Below, piece after piece: positions 26,360 through 36,054 of a DNA stretch of 64,000 nt. Location: contig CAJOLY010000004.1 in assembly GCA_905235485.1 (NCBI GenBank), positions 175 through 64,174 of the forward strand, written 5' to 3'. The notes beneath the pieces are model-generated. The model worked only from the letters and a program-made list of their open reading frames with translations, was not told the DNA's origin and did no database searches. This DNA is from an uncultured Clostridia bacterium (GTDB lineage: Bacteria > Bacillota > Clostridia > Christensenellales > UBA1242). Position numbers and translations under genes: made by a program. The stretch's first letter is position 1; each line of letters begins with the position of its first letter.

Positions 26360-28675
26360 ATGCAAAAAAATGGCAAATTGAAAAGAATTTTTATGTTTTT
26401 GATTGCTTTGGTGATGTTTTCATCACCTGTTTTGCTTGCAGGTTGTTCTCTTTTTGATTTTTATCCATCAAACAATAATGATTCGTCGCAAACACATAGT
26501 GGAAATGGAAACAATGGAGGAAACACTTCAGGAGGTAGCGGCTCAGGGGGAAGTGGTGGCAGTGGAAGTAGTTCTGAGGCTCAACCAACCACCACAATTT
26601 ATGACCCACCAACCAAAAATAGAATTTTACTAGATGAATATGATGAATATTTCAAGAATTATAGAATAACTTACAAACCAGGCGAAGTTGATAGAAAAAG
26701 TTTTGATGATGAAATCGTGGCACAAAATCAAAATATTGCAAGACTGGTTTTAAATGGACTATATGATGAATACGGAATAAAACAATATCAGGCACATCCA
26801 AAATTACATAATGATATCGATAATATTCAAATTGAAAATAAATATTTAGCATATGCTAATCAAGATAATGAATTTTTTTTGATTAGGTTAAATGATAATA
26901 ATATAAAGAAACCTTTTACTCACGCAAATGCAATCAACAATGATAGTTTAAATAATGATGAAACTTACAATTATTGGCTTTGGAACACTAACACTAAAGA
27001 TGATAACAACACAGTAACACTTACTAATGTTTCAAAAGAAGAATTTGAAAACGCTGAATTCAAAGCAAAACTTGAACTTGCAGAACTTTTGATACTTTCA
27101 GGTGAAACAATAAATGAAGATGGCAGTGGAACTTTTGCTTATGCCTATAAAACATATTTTGTTGATAATGACACAAAAAAATCATTAAGTTCTAATTATT
27201 TTGAAAATGACAAGTTAAAAGCAGATGCACTTGATGATGTTATTTCAAAAATAAATCATTTAGGATACACTGAACACGACCAAAGTCAACTCAAAAATTT
27301 TGTGCTTAATTACATAATTGGAACAAATTTGGTTAATGCTGATAATCATAGATTTGTTAATTGTTATTATGATGGCAGTCATATTCAAATTGTTAATGAT
27401 TCAAATTATAAAAGATTTTTAACTGATGAAACTTATGCAACAGGCAGAATAATTGGTGACACAATTGGTTTTAGCACTTCAGATAGTGATGATGGCAGTT
27501 TGCTTGGATTGATGTATTATGCAAGCCAATACTTAATATCAACTCAAAATCCAAATTATCAATTTGATGTGTATACTAGCACAAATCCATTTATTGCAAA
27601 CGAAAATAATACAACAACAACTTCAATAAGTTATTCAAATTATAATTTTGACAGTAATGTTAAGGACATTTATGATGCAATTTATAACAATCTCATCAAT
27701 GTTGCAGGGACAAAAGTTAAATTAGATGAATTTGGCAATGCTGAAAAAGATGAAAATGACAATATTATTTATGAATTCAACTCAAATGTTTGGGGATATG
27801 ATGCAAATGGCAATGTAAATTCATTAGATGCAACAGACACTGTTGAGTATAGCGTTGGAACAGGAAGCAATAAAAAAACTTATTCACTTTTTAGTGTTAG
27901 ACTTCCATATTTTAAAAATTATTACAATACTGTTAGTTTCATGATTCGTGATATGTTTCAAGACGAGCCTTCGGCTCAAACAAGAGCAGAATGGGAAAAT
28001 GAGCATGGTTTTGAATATCCTTATGATTCCAATTTTCCAAATGTTCCTTTAAGTTATTTTTCAGATTTCAATTCAGATGAAATGCTTATGGACGATAACC
28101 TAAACATCATTATGAAAGATGCAGGATATCAGTCGTATCAAAGCTTTTTGATAATGCCAAGTCAAGATATTTATTTGAAAGATGCAACGATATGGTTTGA
28201 TGCATCGTCTGGTTATGAATCTGAAGAAAGCAATTTGGAAATTACTTTGTATGCTAGGTATTATGATAAAGAGTCAAAATCTTATGCCGTTTGGGAAAAT
28301 GATGATGGATACACTGAGTTTTACAAAATAGGTACTGTTAATGTTCCATTTATAAATGAATATGGGGACTGTGAATATCTTGACATAGATTTGAGAGAGA
28401 TTCTTGGCAATGCAATTATAAATGGTGAACAAAAAGCAAATTATTTACTCAACGAATTCAATACACCAACTGAAACTGTAGATAAAAAAACCTTAATATC
28501 AAAAGAAAACTATGGCTATTGGTTTGACTATGGCACAACCCCAGAAGGCAAAGAAATTGTGTGCTTTAATGGTAAACTTGCAAATAGCTCAAGTTATCTT
28601 GAAATTGTATTTTACACTGAGTCTGATGCACCATTTATGTTCTCATTTTGTCCAGAAACAAGTTATAAAGTATAA
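26360..28675 (+). CDS. large lipoprotein (771 aa), function unknown
   Basis: Signal peptide with lipobox LLAGC-S, a Gly/Ser/Asn-rich linker, and an N/D/Y-rich body with no recognisable catalytic motif. Confidence 0.7.
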   Translation: MQKNGKLKRIFMFLIALVMFSSPVLLAGCSLFDFYPSNNNDSSQTHSGNGNNGGNTSGGSGSGGSGGSGSSSEAQPTTTIYDPPTKNRILLDEYDEYFKNYRITYKPGEVDRKSFDDEIVAQNQNIARLVLNGLYDEYGIKQYQAHPKLHNDIDNIQIENKYLAYANQDNEFFLIRLNDNNIKKPFTHANAINNDSLNNDETYNYWLWNTNTKDDNNTVTLTNVSKEEFENAEFKAKLELAELLILSGETINEDGSGTFAYAYKTYFVDNDTKKSLSSNYFENDKLKADALDDVISKINHLGYTEHDQSQLKNFVLNYIIGTNLVNADNHRFVNCYYDGSHIQIVNDSNYKRFLTDETYATGRIIGDTIGFSTSDSDDGSLLGLMYYASQYLISTQNPNYQFDVYTSTNPFIANENNTTTTSISYSNYNFDSNVKDIYDAIYNNLINVAGTKVKLDEFGNAEKDENDNIIYEFNSNVWGYDANGNVNSLDATDTVEYSVGTGSNKKTYSLFSVRLPYFKNYYNTVSFMIRDMFQDEPSAQTRAEWENEHGFEYPYDSNFPNVPLSYFSDFNSDEMLMDDNLNIIMKDAGYQSYQSFLIMPSQDIYLKDATIWFDASSGYESEESNLEITLYARYYDKESKSYAVWENDDGYTEFYKIGTVNVPFINEYGDCEYLDIDLREILGNAIINGEQKANYLLNEFNTPTETVDKKTLISKENYGYWFDYGTTPEGKEIVCFNGKLANSSSYLEIVFYTESDAPFMFSFCPETSYKV

Positions 28676-28701
28676 AATATTATAAAATTTTCAAAAAACT
28701 A

Positions 28702-28730
28702 TTCACATTTAAAAAAATATTTGTTATAAT
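28702..28730 (+). promoter_or_regulatory. sigma-A-type promoter TTCACA-17-TGtTATAAT
   Basis: -35 at 28702-28707, a 17-nt spacer, TG at 28722-28723, and -10 at 28725-28730. It lies about 20 nt upstream of the RBS of the membrane protein gene. Confidence 0.55.
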
Positions 28731-28750
28731 ACAAAAAAAGGAGTAGGCTT

Positions 28751-28987
28751 ATGGCAGTATTTCAATTAAATCAATTGATGGGAATCGGCGAGTTCTTTAG
28801 CGAGTTTTTTAGAAGTATTTGGGAACTTATTGGCCGCGCATTTTATTGGTTGATTATTTGTGCAATTGGTAGAATTGCTGATATATGTCAACTAATTTTC
28901 CGTAAGTTTGCTGGTATTTCAAATACTGGTGTACAGATTACTGAAGGTGGAGTTACAACTCAAGTTGATTCTTGCTTTTATCAATAG
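28751..28987 (+). CDS. N-terminal piece (78 aa, 1 TM) of the VirB6-like membrane protein, or a separate small membrane protein
   Basis: Strong RBS AAGGAG and an ATG start. It ends in a TAG that lies inside the open downstream frame. Confidence 0.6.
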   Translation: MAVFQLNQLMGIGEFFSEFFRSIWELIGRAFYWLIICAIGRIADICQLIFRKFAGISNTGVQITEGGVTTQVDSCFYQ

Positions 28988-31118
28988 CAACATCGTTAAA
29001 AACTTGTTTTTTGCATTGCTTATCCTTGCAATTGTAATTTTACTTATCACAACTTTTGCAGCAACAATCAAAACTGAATTTAATAAGGATGGCAACAATA
29101 ATAAAAGAAAAGTTATAAAAAATGCATTTAGAGGCCTTGCAAACTTTGTTCTTGTTCCACTAATTTGCTTTTTTGCTTTGTTTGTTGGCAATATGCTTTT
29201 AAGAGCAATTGATGGAGCGACAAGCGGTGGTAGTTCTGTTTATTTATCAAGACAAATGTTTATGGCTGGTGCATATAATGCCAATCGTGTGAGACAAGAT
29301 GAAGTTGAAGGTGAAGATGCAGTCAGATATAAGGAGACAAGTGATGATCATTTTTCTTATGGGGCACTTATTGTTGGAGTAGATGGTAGTGGCACTGGCT
29401 ATGGTAATTTTGGAATTTTCATTGACGATACTTCCGGAAAAAACCAAAGACGAGCTGCTGATAAGATAGATGATTTTTTTGCTAATGGTTACTCGATTAC
29501 TATTGGTAGTGGTGTCTTTAATGGTGATGAATATTCTAAGATTATAAATAAAAAAAGGGTATCAGATGTTAGTTTTTCGTCAGGCGATTCAGCAAATGCA
29601 AATACTTTAGCGTTCAAAGAAACCGAGTTTTATAATGGTGGAAAGGGAATGAAGATTGCAAGTAATGTTAATTTTTTACATCAAGGAGAAAATGAAGAAG
29701 TAGAAAATAAAAAAGTTGCTGCAAAAACTGGAATGATTACTTTTGAAGAAGGCGACACTGTTTATTTTTCAATTTACAACATTGGATTGGTCTATTATTA
29801 TTATGATTTGACGCTAACTGGATTTAATTACATAATTTCTGCAATTGCATTGTTCTTTTGCGCTTGGGTTCTTATAGTTACCGTTTTAGGACTTATCAAA
29901 CGTATATTTATGTTGTCAACATTGTTTATAATTTCTGCACCAATTTGTGCAATTTATCCTTTGGATGATGGTAAGGCGCTGGAACAATGGCGAAAAGAAT
30001 TTATCAAAGAAACATTGTCGGCTTATGCAGTTGTTGTTGTTATGAATATATTCCTGGCTTTGTTGCCTTTGATGTCAAAAATGAATGTATTTGTTAGTGG
30101 TGAACTATGGATTTTTACAGGTTTTGCAAATCATATTGCAAGAGTACTTATTGTGGTTGCAGCCTTAACATTCTTTAAAGATGCAACAAAAACAATTGCA
30201 TCATTGATTGGCGCTGGAGATTCATATGATGCTGGAGATGGCGCAAAGAAAAATTTCGCAACAAATGTTGGAAGAGTTGCAGCAGGTGGTGCAGTTGCTT
30301 TGGGTACAGGAGCTTTGGTTGGTAAAGGTATTGGTAAACTTATTGGCTTAGGAGCTGGTGCAGTAAGCAAAATGAAAGATAATAGCTTTGCAAAAAGCGC
30401 TGCTAGCAATGAATTGGCTAGACGACAAAAGGCTTTGGAAGAAGCAGGAGTTGAAGGGAAAGCTGAGAATTCTACAGATGCTATAGGTGATGGCTCAACA
30501 TCAATGAATTCCTCAAATGCTTCTAATGTTGTTCAAACTCAATCTAATCCAAATTCTGCAGTATCTAACTCAATGAATAATAACACTGCTCAAAAGGATA
30601 AGCCAATAGATTGGCATTATGAAAGAAAAAAAGCGCAATATGAAAAAAGGCGTAATAATAGAATTACAAGTCTAGAAGCTCGTTATGACAAAAAAACTTC
30701 ATTAGTAGATGGAAATATTGAACTAGAAGATGAAGAAAAGAAAAAAATGAATGAAAAATTAACTAATAAATTGAAAAGGCGAAAAGAAAGAGTTAATAAT
30801 AGGCTTGATAAAAAGGAATATAACTTGACTGATGAAGGTATTAAAGAAAGAAATAAGAAAAGAACCAATTTCATTAAAAAAGTCAAGGATAACCATTTCA
30901 CCAGATTTGTGGGTGGAACAGTGGATGCTATTAAAGGCATTGCAAAAGGCGACTTAAATATGAAAGAGGCTTGGAAAGATTCAACTACCAAAGGAAGCAA
31001 AGCATATAGAGATAAACAACAGAAAGATGCTGAAAAGAAAAAAGCACAAGTTGAAGCAAAACAAAGAGAAGAAATGCTCGAAACCCTTAAGAATATTGAA
31101 AAGAATAGTAAAAAATAA
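28908..31118 (+). CDS. polytopic membrane protein, VirB6/ConG/TrbL-like architecture; start unresolved (probably joined to 28751 by a frame change)
   Basis: At least 6-7 hydrophobic helices, an external loop of about 200 aa, and a long K/E/R-rich C-terminal tail. There is no ATG and no good RBS in the first ~95 codons (only TTG at 28908 and 28965). Confidence 0.6.
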   Translation: MLVFQILVYRLLKVELQLKLILAFINSNIVKNLFFALLILAIVILLITTFAATIKTEFNKDGNNNKRKVIKNAFRGLANFVLVPLICFFALFVGNMLLRAIDGATSGGSSVYLSRQMFMAGAYNANRVRQDEVEGEDAVRYKETSDDHFSYGALIVGVDGSGTGYGNFGIFIDDTSGKNQRRAADKIDDFFANGYSITIGSGVFNGDEYSKIINKKRVSDVSFSSGDSANANTLAFKETEFYNGGKGMKIASNVNFLHQGENEEVENKKVAAKTGMITFEEGDTVYFSIYNIGLVYYYYDLTLTGFNYIISAIALFFCAWVLIVTVLGLIKRIFMLSTLFIISAPICAIYPLDDGKALEQWRKEFIKETLSAYAVVVVMNIFLALLPLMSKMNVFVSGELWIFTGFANHIARVLIVVAALTFFKDATKTIASLIGAGDSYDAGDGAKKNFATNVGRVAAGGAVALGTGALVGKGIGKLIGLGAGAVSKMKDNSFAKSAASNELARRQKALEEAGVEGKAENSTDAIGDGSTSMNSSNASNVVQTQSNPNSAVSNSMNNNTAQKDKPIDWHYERKKAQYEKRRNNRITSLEARYDKKTSLVDGNIELEDEEKKKMNEKLTNKLKRRKERVNNRLDKKEYNLTDEGIKERNKKRTNFIKKVKDNHFTRFVGGTVDAIKGIAKGDLNMKEAWKDSTTKGSKAYRDKQQKDAEKKKAQVEAKQREEMLETLKNIEKNSKK

Positions 31119-31128
31119 TAATTTTTGG

Positions 31129-31161
31129 AAAGAGGATAATGAAAATATATCCTCTTTTTTT
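31129..31161 (+). terminator. intrinsic terminator
   Basis: AAGAGGATA...TATCCTCTT stem plus T-run. Confidence 0.75.
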
Positions 31162-31180
31162 AAAAAGATAGTGATTTATT

Positions 31181-31209
31181 TTGCAAAAAATAAAATTATC
31201 ATATATAAT
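31181..31209 (+). promoter_or_regulatory. sigma-A-type promoter TTGCAA-17-TATAAT
   Basis: -35 at 31181-31186 and -10 at 31204-31209 with exact 17-nt spacing, about 40 nt upstream of the ATPase start. Confidence 0.55.
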
Positions 31210-31249
31210 AATAATACATTATTTGAACAAAATAAATAAGAGGTTTTTT

Positions 31250-33931
31250 ATGATTAGATATATCCCTAGAAAAACAAAAATAAGAATGGAACTTTTACCT
31301 CATGTAACATTGCCTGATGTTATTGTTGGTGTTTTTGCCATTGCAATTCTTATTTTGATTATTACAAGTAATTTGCCATATAAATGGTTTATTGCACTTT
31401 CAGTTCTTGCATTTGAAGTTTTGTTATATTTCCCTGTTGCAGATGGTGAAAGAGCATATTACACAACCATATTATTATTTAGGTTTTTTGCATTCAAGAA
31501 AAAATATTCTAGAGATACGCTAAAGGGTTATGAAAACGTTAATAAGTTAATTCCATATCAACATATATTGGAAGAAAGATTTCTTGATTATGGCGAATAT
31601 TATGGCATGGTTTTGCAAATCACACCTGTCGAATTTTTTCTTCTAACAGAAGATAAACAGGACGCATACATTAGAAGTTTTAAAAACGCACTTGCTCGTC
31701 TCAACGTTGACCAAGATTGTGAACTTGTCAAAATCAATAAAGCAGTTTTGTATGATGACTACATAGCAGATGATGAAAAGAAATATTCTGCTCTTATGGA
31801 AGCAGCAGAGCAAGGTGAAATTACTCAAAAAGAACTTGATGGTAGAACTTATGTTTTCCAATCTCGAGTTAAACAATATATTGCCGCAAATGAAGAAAAT
31901 AAAATGTATGAAGATTGCTTTTATCTTGTTGTGTTTGATAAAGATAAAACTGCTCTTTATGACACAATGGAAGGTCTTCAATCAGCACTAGCTGGTGGTC
32001 AAACGCCGATACATAGCAAAATTTGTATGGCAAAAGATCTTTCAATATTCTTAAAAGCAAACTATACAAAAGAGTTTGACGAGCGAGAAACAGAAGCAAA
32101 AGGTTCAGAAGGTCTTGTTGAATGGACAATGCCTGAAAAAGTGCAATTTAAAACAGCTCAAACGTTGATTGATGGAAAAGCATATAGGCATTTTTGCATC
32201 ACTGATTATCCTCTTCAAGTTGGTAATGCTTGGGCATATAATATCTTTGCAATGCCAGCAACAAAATGTGTTGTAAAAATCAAACCAATGATGCGTTTTG
32301 ATGCTGAAAAGGAAGTTGATAAAGCCATTTTGGAAATGGAAACAAAAACAATGTATTCTGCTCGTGAAAGTAAGCAAATTGAAAATGAAACTCATCTTCA
32401 AACACTAAGACAACTTTTGATCGATATCAAAAACAGCAATGAAAATCTTTACAAATGCAATTTTTTCATCACTTGTGAAGATTATATGAAAAAAGAAATG
32501 AGAGCACTTCTTAAACAATATGGGTTTAAATATTCAGAAATGTTTGGTCGTCAAGTTGATGCTTTTGTAAGTAGTAATATTTCAAGAATCAACACAGTAA
32601 AGGAACATGTACGTGGAATCAATGGAACTCCGCTTTCTGGAATGTTTCCGTTCATTTCGAACACAATAAGTGATCCTGGTGGTTTCTATTTAGGATATAA
32701 CGCAAATGGAAGAGTTTTTGTTAATTTTTTCAGACGTGACGAAGAACGTGTAAATAGTAATATGATGGTTATTGGAAAATCAGGTGGAGGAAAATCGTTT
32801 GCCACCAAAAACATTCTTTCTAATATGGCAGGCGACAACAGCCGAATTTTCGTTCTTGACCCTGAAAGTGAATATGTAAATTTGGCACATAATTTAGGTG
32901 GAAAAACTATTGATGTTGGTAGTGGACTTCAAGGAAGAATCAATCCGTTCCATATCACACCTAGTTTGAAAGGCGATGATGACAGTGAGGTAGCTCTTGA
33001 TGATTATTCTGCACATTTGCAATTTTTGGAAGAATTTTTCCACATTATTTTGGCTGGAATCAATAGTGACGCATTTGAAAAAGTTAATAGTTTGGTTATT
33101 GAATGCTATAAAAATAAGGGAATTGATAGTGACACTGATCTTACAAAGTTAAAGCCAGAAGATTTTCCAATTTTTGACGATTTGTATGCTTTAATTTTAA
33201 GAGATATAAATAAGGAAAAAGATGAATATATCAAACGTATTTATCAAACTATGGAGCTTTACATTAAAAAATTTGCAAAAGGTGGAAGAAATTCAACTCT
33301 TTGGAACGGTCCAACAACACTCGAAACAAAAGAGAACTTTGTTGTATTTAGTTTCCGTTCACTTCTTGCGAACAGCAATAAAACTCTTGCAAACGCACAA
33401 ATGTTGCTTGTTTTGAGATATTTGAACAATGAAATTATTAGAAATAAAGACTACAACACTATGATGGGCTATGGTGAAGCTGACCCTGGAAGAAGAAAAA
33501 TTATCGTTGCAGTCGATGAAGCCCACGTGTTTATTGATGAAGAATATCCAATTGCTTTGAACTTTATGGAAGACTTAGCAAAACGTATCAGAAAATATGA
33601 TGGAATGCAAATTATTATCACTCAAAACATTAAAGACTTCGTTGGTTCAACTGCAATTCAAAAACAAAGTACAGCAATCATTAATGCGAGCCAATTTACA
33701 ATGGTTTTGCCGCTTGCTCCAAATGATATGAGTGACCTTGTTGAACTTTATCGAAATGCAGGAGGTATCAATACTGACGAGCAACAAGCTATTGTTCAAG
33801 CTACTCGAGGTGAAGTTTTCTTTATCACATCAGCCAATTCTCGTGTATTCCTAAAAATTGAAGCGCTTGACGATATTAGGCTTATGTTCCAAACAAAGAA
33901 TTTCTTTGAAGAAAGAAGTAAAGCCTCTTAA
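31250..33931 (+). CDS. VirB4/ConE/TrsE-family type IV secretion ATPase with fused N-terminal two-TM (VirB3/PrgI-like) segment
   Basis: N-terminal TM hairpin (VIVGVFAIAILILIITSNL; WFIALSVLAFEVLLYFPV). Walker A MVIGKSGGGKSFATK, VLDPESEY, Walker B IVAVDEAHVFID, IIITQNIKDF, and a C-terminal RGEVFFI. AAGAGG RBS before the ATG at 31250. Confidence 0.8.
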   Translation: MIRYIPRKTKIRMELLPHVTLPDVIVGVFAIAILILIITSNLPYKWFIALSVLAFEVLLYFPVADGERAYYTTILLFRFFAFKKKYSRDTLKGYENVNKLIPYQHILEERFLDYGEYYGMVLQITPVEFFLLTEDKQDAYIRSFKNALARLNVDQDCELVKINKAVLYDDYIADDEKKYSALMEAAEQGEITQKELDGRTYVFQSRVKQYIAANEENKMYEDCFYLVVFDKDKTALYDTMEGLQSALAGGQTPIHSKICMAKDLSIFLKANYTKEFDERETEAKGSEGLVEWTMPEKVQFKTAQTLIDGKAYRHFCITDYPLQVGNAWAYNIFAMPATKCVVKIKPMMRFDAEKEVDKAILEMETKTMYSARESKQIENETHLQTLRQLLIDIKNSNENLYKCNFFITCEDYMKKEMRALLKQYGFKYSEMFGRQVDAFVSSNISRINTVKEHVRGINGTPLSGMFPFISNTISDPGGFYLGYNANGRVFVNFFRRDEERVNSNMMVIGKSGGGKSFATKNILSNMAGDNSRIFVLDPESEYVNLAHNLGGKTIDVGSGLQGRINPFHITPSLKGDDDSEVALDDYSAHLQFLEEFFHIILAGINSDAFEKVNSLVIECYKNKGIDSDTDLTKLKPEDFPIFDDLYALILRDINKEKDEYIKRIYQTMELYIKKFAKGGRNSTLWNGPTTLETKENFVVFSFRSLLANSNKTLANAQMLLVLRYLNNEIIRNKDYNTMMGYGEADPGRRKIIVAVDEAHVFIDEEYPIALNFMEDLAKRIRKYDGMQIIITQNIKDFVGSTAIQKQSTAIINASQFTMVLPLAPNDMSDLVELYRNAGGINTDEQQAIVQATRGEVFFITSANSRVFLKIEALDDIRLMFQTKNFFEERSKAS

Positions 33932-33937
33932 AATTAG

Positions 33938-33970
33938 AAAAAAGCAAACAATGATTTTGTTTGCTTTTTT
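33938..33970 (+). terminator. intrinsic terminator
   Basis: AAAAAGCAAACA-ATGATTT-TGTTTGCTTTTT. Confidence 0.8.
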
Positions 33971-34140
33971 CTGTGGAAATATAAAAAAATTTTAATTATT
34001 GTTATAAAAATTGCAAAAAAACAGCATTTTTTCTGTTTTTATTTAAAAAATTTAATATTTTTTCAATTTTTTTATAAAAGAAATAAAAATTTAAATATGA
34101 TTATCATTTTTATAAATATAAAAAAATTTTTGAATGGCTA

Positions 34141-34169
34141 TTGCAAAAAAAATATTTATATGTTATAAT
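34141..34169 (+). promoter_or_regulatory. sigma-A-type promoter TTGCAA-17-TGtTATAAT
   Basis: -35 at 34141-34146 and -10 at 34164-34169 with an upstream TG. GGAGGTG RBS follows. Confidence 0.55.
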
Positions 34170-34195
34170 TATGCTAATAATATGGAGGTGATAAT

Positions 34196-36016
34196 ATGCC
34201 TATTGAAAAGAAAAAGAAAAAAGATCAAGAACATGAAGTTCTTTCAGTTGTAAATAACTTTGATATTGCAAATCAGGTAAATGATGTTGCAAGTTCAGAT
34301 GTAATTGATATGATTAAAAATAAAAAAGGTGTTTATGAAGTAAAAAAAGCACAAAATTTTGCACAAGAAAATATAAAAAGTGATGACGACATTTTTAACT
34401 CAGATGATTATTTTTTTGACATCGATAAAAATAAATTATTGGATTTAAATAATTTATCAAAAAATGATGCTAAAAATGATGCTCAAGAATCTGATGATGA
34501 TTTTAATGCATTAGTAAATGAAAAATTCAGTGAGATAATTAAAGCGGATAAAGAAAAAAGTGATAAATTCATTGCAGGCTTGAAAGCATCTCATCCAAAT
34601 GATTATGACAGTTATGTCGAAAAAATTAGAAAAACGAAATATTACAAAAAATGCCTTGATAAATGGACTAAATATTATTCAGATTTGAAGCAAAAATGTG
34701 CAGAAGATCTACAAAATGAAATTGAAGTTGATGCAAAAAATCAAGCATCAAATTTGGCTGATGTAAAAGTTGCTGTGCCACAAATAAAAGAACAATCACA
34801 ATTAAAAGACAATGAGATTCCAAAGGAAAATACAGTTACACCTCCAAGTTTAGAACTCAATATTGACGAACTAGATGCTTCTAGTTATGTTCGTTTAACA
34901 TCTAAAGGTGGCTTGCCAGTTGATTCAAAATTAGTGGCAACAGTTCAAGATGTTTTACTTGATGCTTTGTATAAAAGTTTCCAAGAAACAAGCGATTATT
35001 ACAACAGTTTGAGCGTCTCTCCAAAACTTGCAAAGAAAAATGTTTCTACTGTTGATTTTAGAAAAGAACTTTCAAATAATTTACAGCAAGTTCATAACAA
35101 AGTAATTCCAAATCAATCATCACTTGATATTGCGAATATCAAAGTAATTCAAAAGGATATTGAGGAGCGTGCTGGGGTTAATATGAATGCATTTTCAACT
35201 GCTGAAGTATTTGTAGACAAGTTGTATCATATTGATCTAACAACAAAAGAAGTTTCTGGAATGATTCCTGATTTAGCTTTAGATTTATCAGAAAAAATTC
35301 AAGACATACTAATCTCTAATGGTGTGCCATATTTTAACATTACAAAAGATAATGTTATCGGAATTCTTGATAAAATGGTTGATGATTCAAAACTTGGTGT
35401 GACTTTAAAAGAAGAAACATCAAAAGACAATGAAAATTTATTAGATCTAAAAGCTGGTAATAGGCTTTTGAAAAATACAAATAAGATCGATATTATTTTC
35501 AATTACTTAACTGAGAATTATTTGGAAGATGCATCAGATGCAATGAATGATAACAAATTATCACAATTTAATTATTCAGATGAAAAAGTTAATAATACAT
35601 TAAAAGTAATTTCAGACAGTCTTTTTGGCACAAATACATTAGATATCATTACTTCTAATATAATGGAATGCTTGTCTTTGAGTATTGGACAATGGCTCGC
35701 TTTTGATTTAAAAAATAATGTGAAGCTGAAAAATGATGCCGAATTGGTTAATTTGGTTAAAAAGTTTAATGAGGTAATAAACGCTAATATTGACAAGCTA
35801 ACTATTGATGAAGATAAGAAAGCAACAGCTAACTTGTCTGAGGAAGATAAAAAGATAGCTGCACAAAATCAAGATAGAGCTAAAAAAATTATTTCTGAAT
35901 ATAAAGCTTTGCATGAAGTAATTGTTAATAAAAAATATAAATTACAAAGAGAAGAAGAAATCAATGTAAAAGATAAAATTAAAGAAGTTTACAATAATAA
36001 ATCTGTTGATTTATAA
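34196..36016 (+). CDS. acidic D/N/K-rich 606-aa protein, function unknown (no signal peptide, no TM)
   Basis: Long ORF with a strong RBS and no recognisable motif. Confidence 0.6.
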   Translation: MPIEKKKKKDQEHEVLSVVNNFDIANQVNDVASSDVIDMIKNKKGVYEVKKAQNFAQENIKSDDDIFNSDDYFFDIDKNKLLDLNNLSKNDAKNDAQESDDDFNALVNEKFSEIIKADKEKSDKFIAGLKASHPNDYDSYVEKIRKTKYYKKCLDKWTKYYSDLKQKCAEDLQNEIEVDAKNQASNLADVKVAVPQIKEQSQLKDNEIPKENTVTPPSLELNIDELDASSYVRLTSKGGLPVDSKLVATVQDVLLDALYKSFQETSDYYNSLSVSPKLAKKNVSTVDFRKELSNNLQQVHNKVIPNQSSLDIANIKVIQKDIEERAGVNMNAFSTAEVFVDKLYHIDLTTKEVSGMIPDLALDLSEKIQDILISNGVPYFNITKDNVIGILDKMVDDSKLGVTLKEETSKDNENLLDLKAGNRLLKNTNKIDIIFNYLTENYLEDASDAMNDNKLSQFNYSDEKVNNTLKVISDSLFGTNTLDIITSNIMECLSLSIGQWLAFDLKNNVKLKNDAELVNLVKKFNEVINANIDKLTIDEDKKATANLSEEDKKIAAQNQDRAKKIISEYKALHEVIVNKKYKLQREEEINVKDKIKEVYNNKSVDL

Positions 36017-36054
36017 CGTCAAAAAAATAATAGTGTTGAGGAGACATTGTAATT

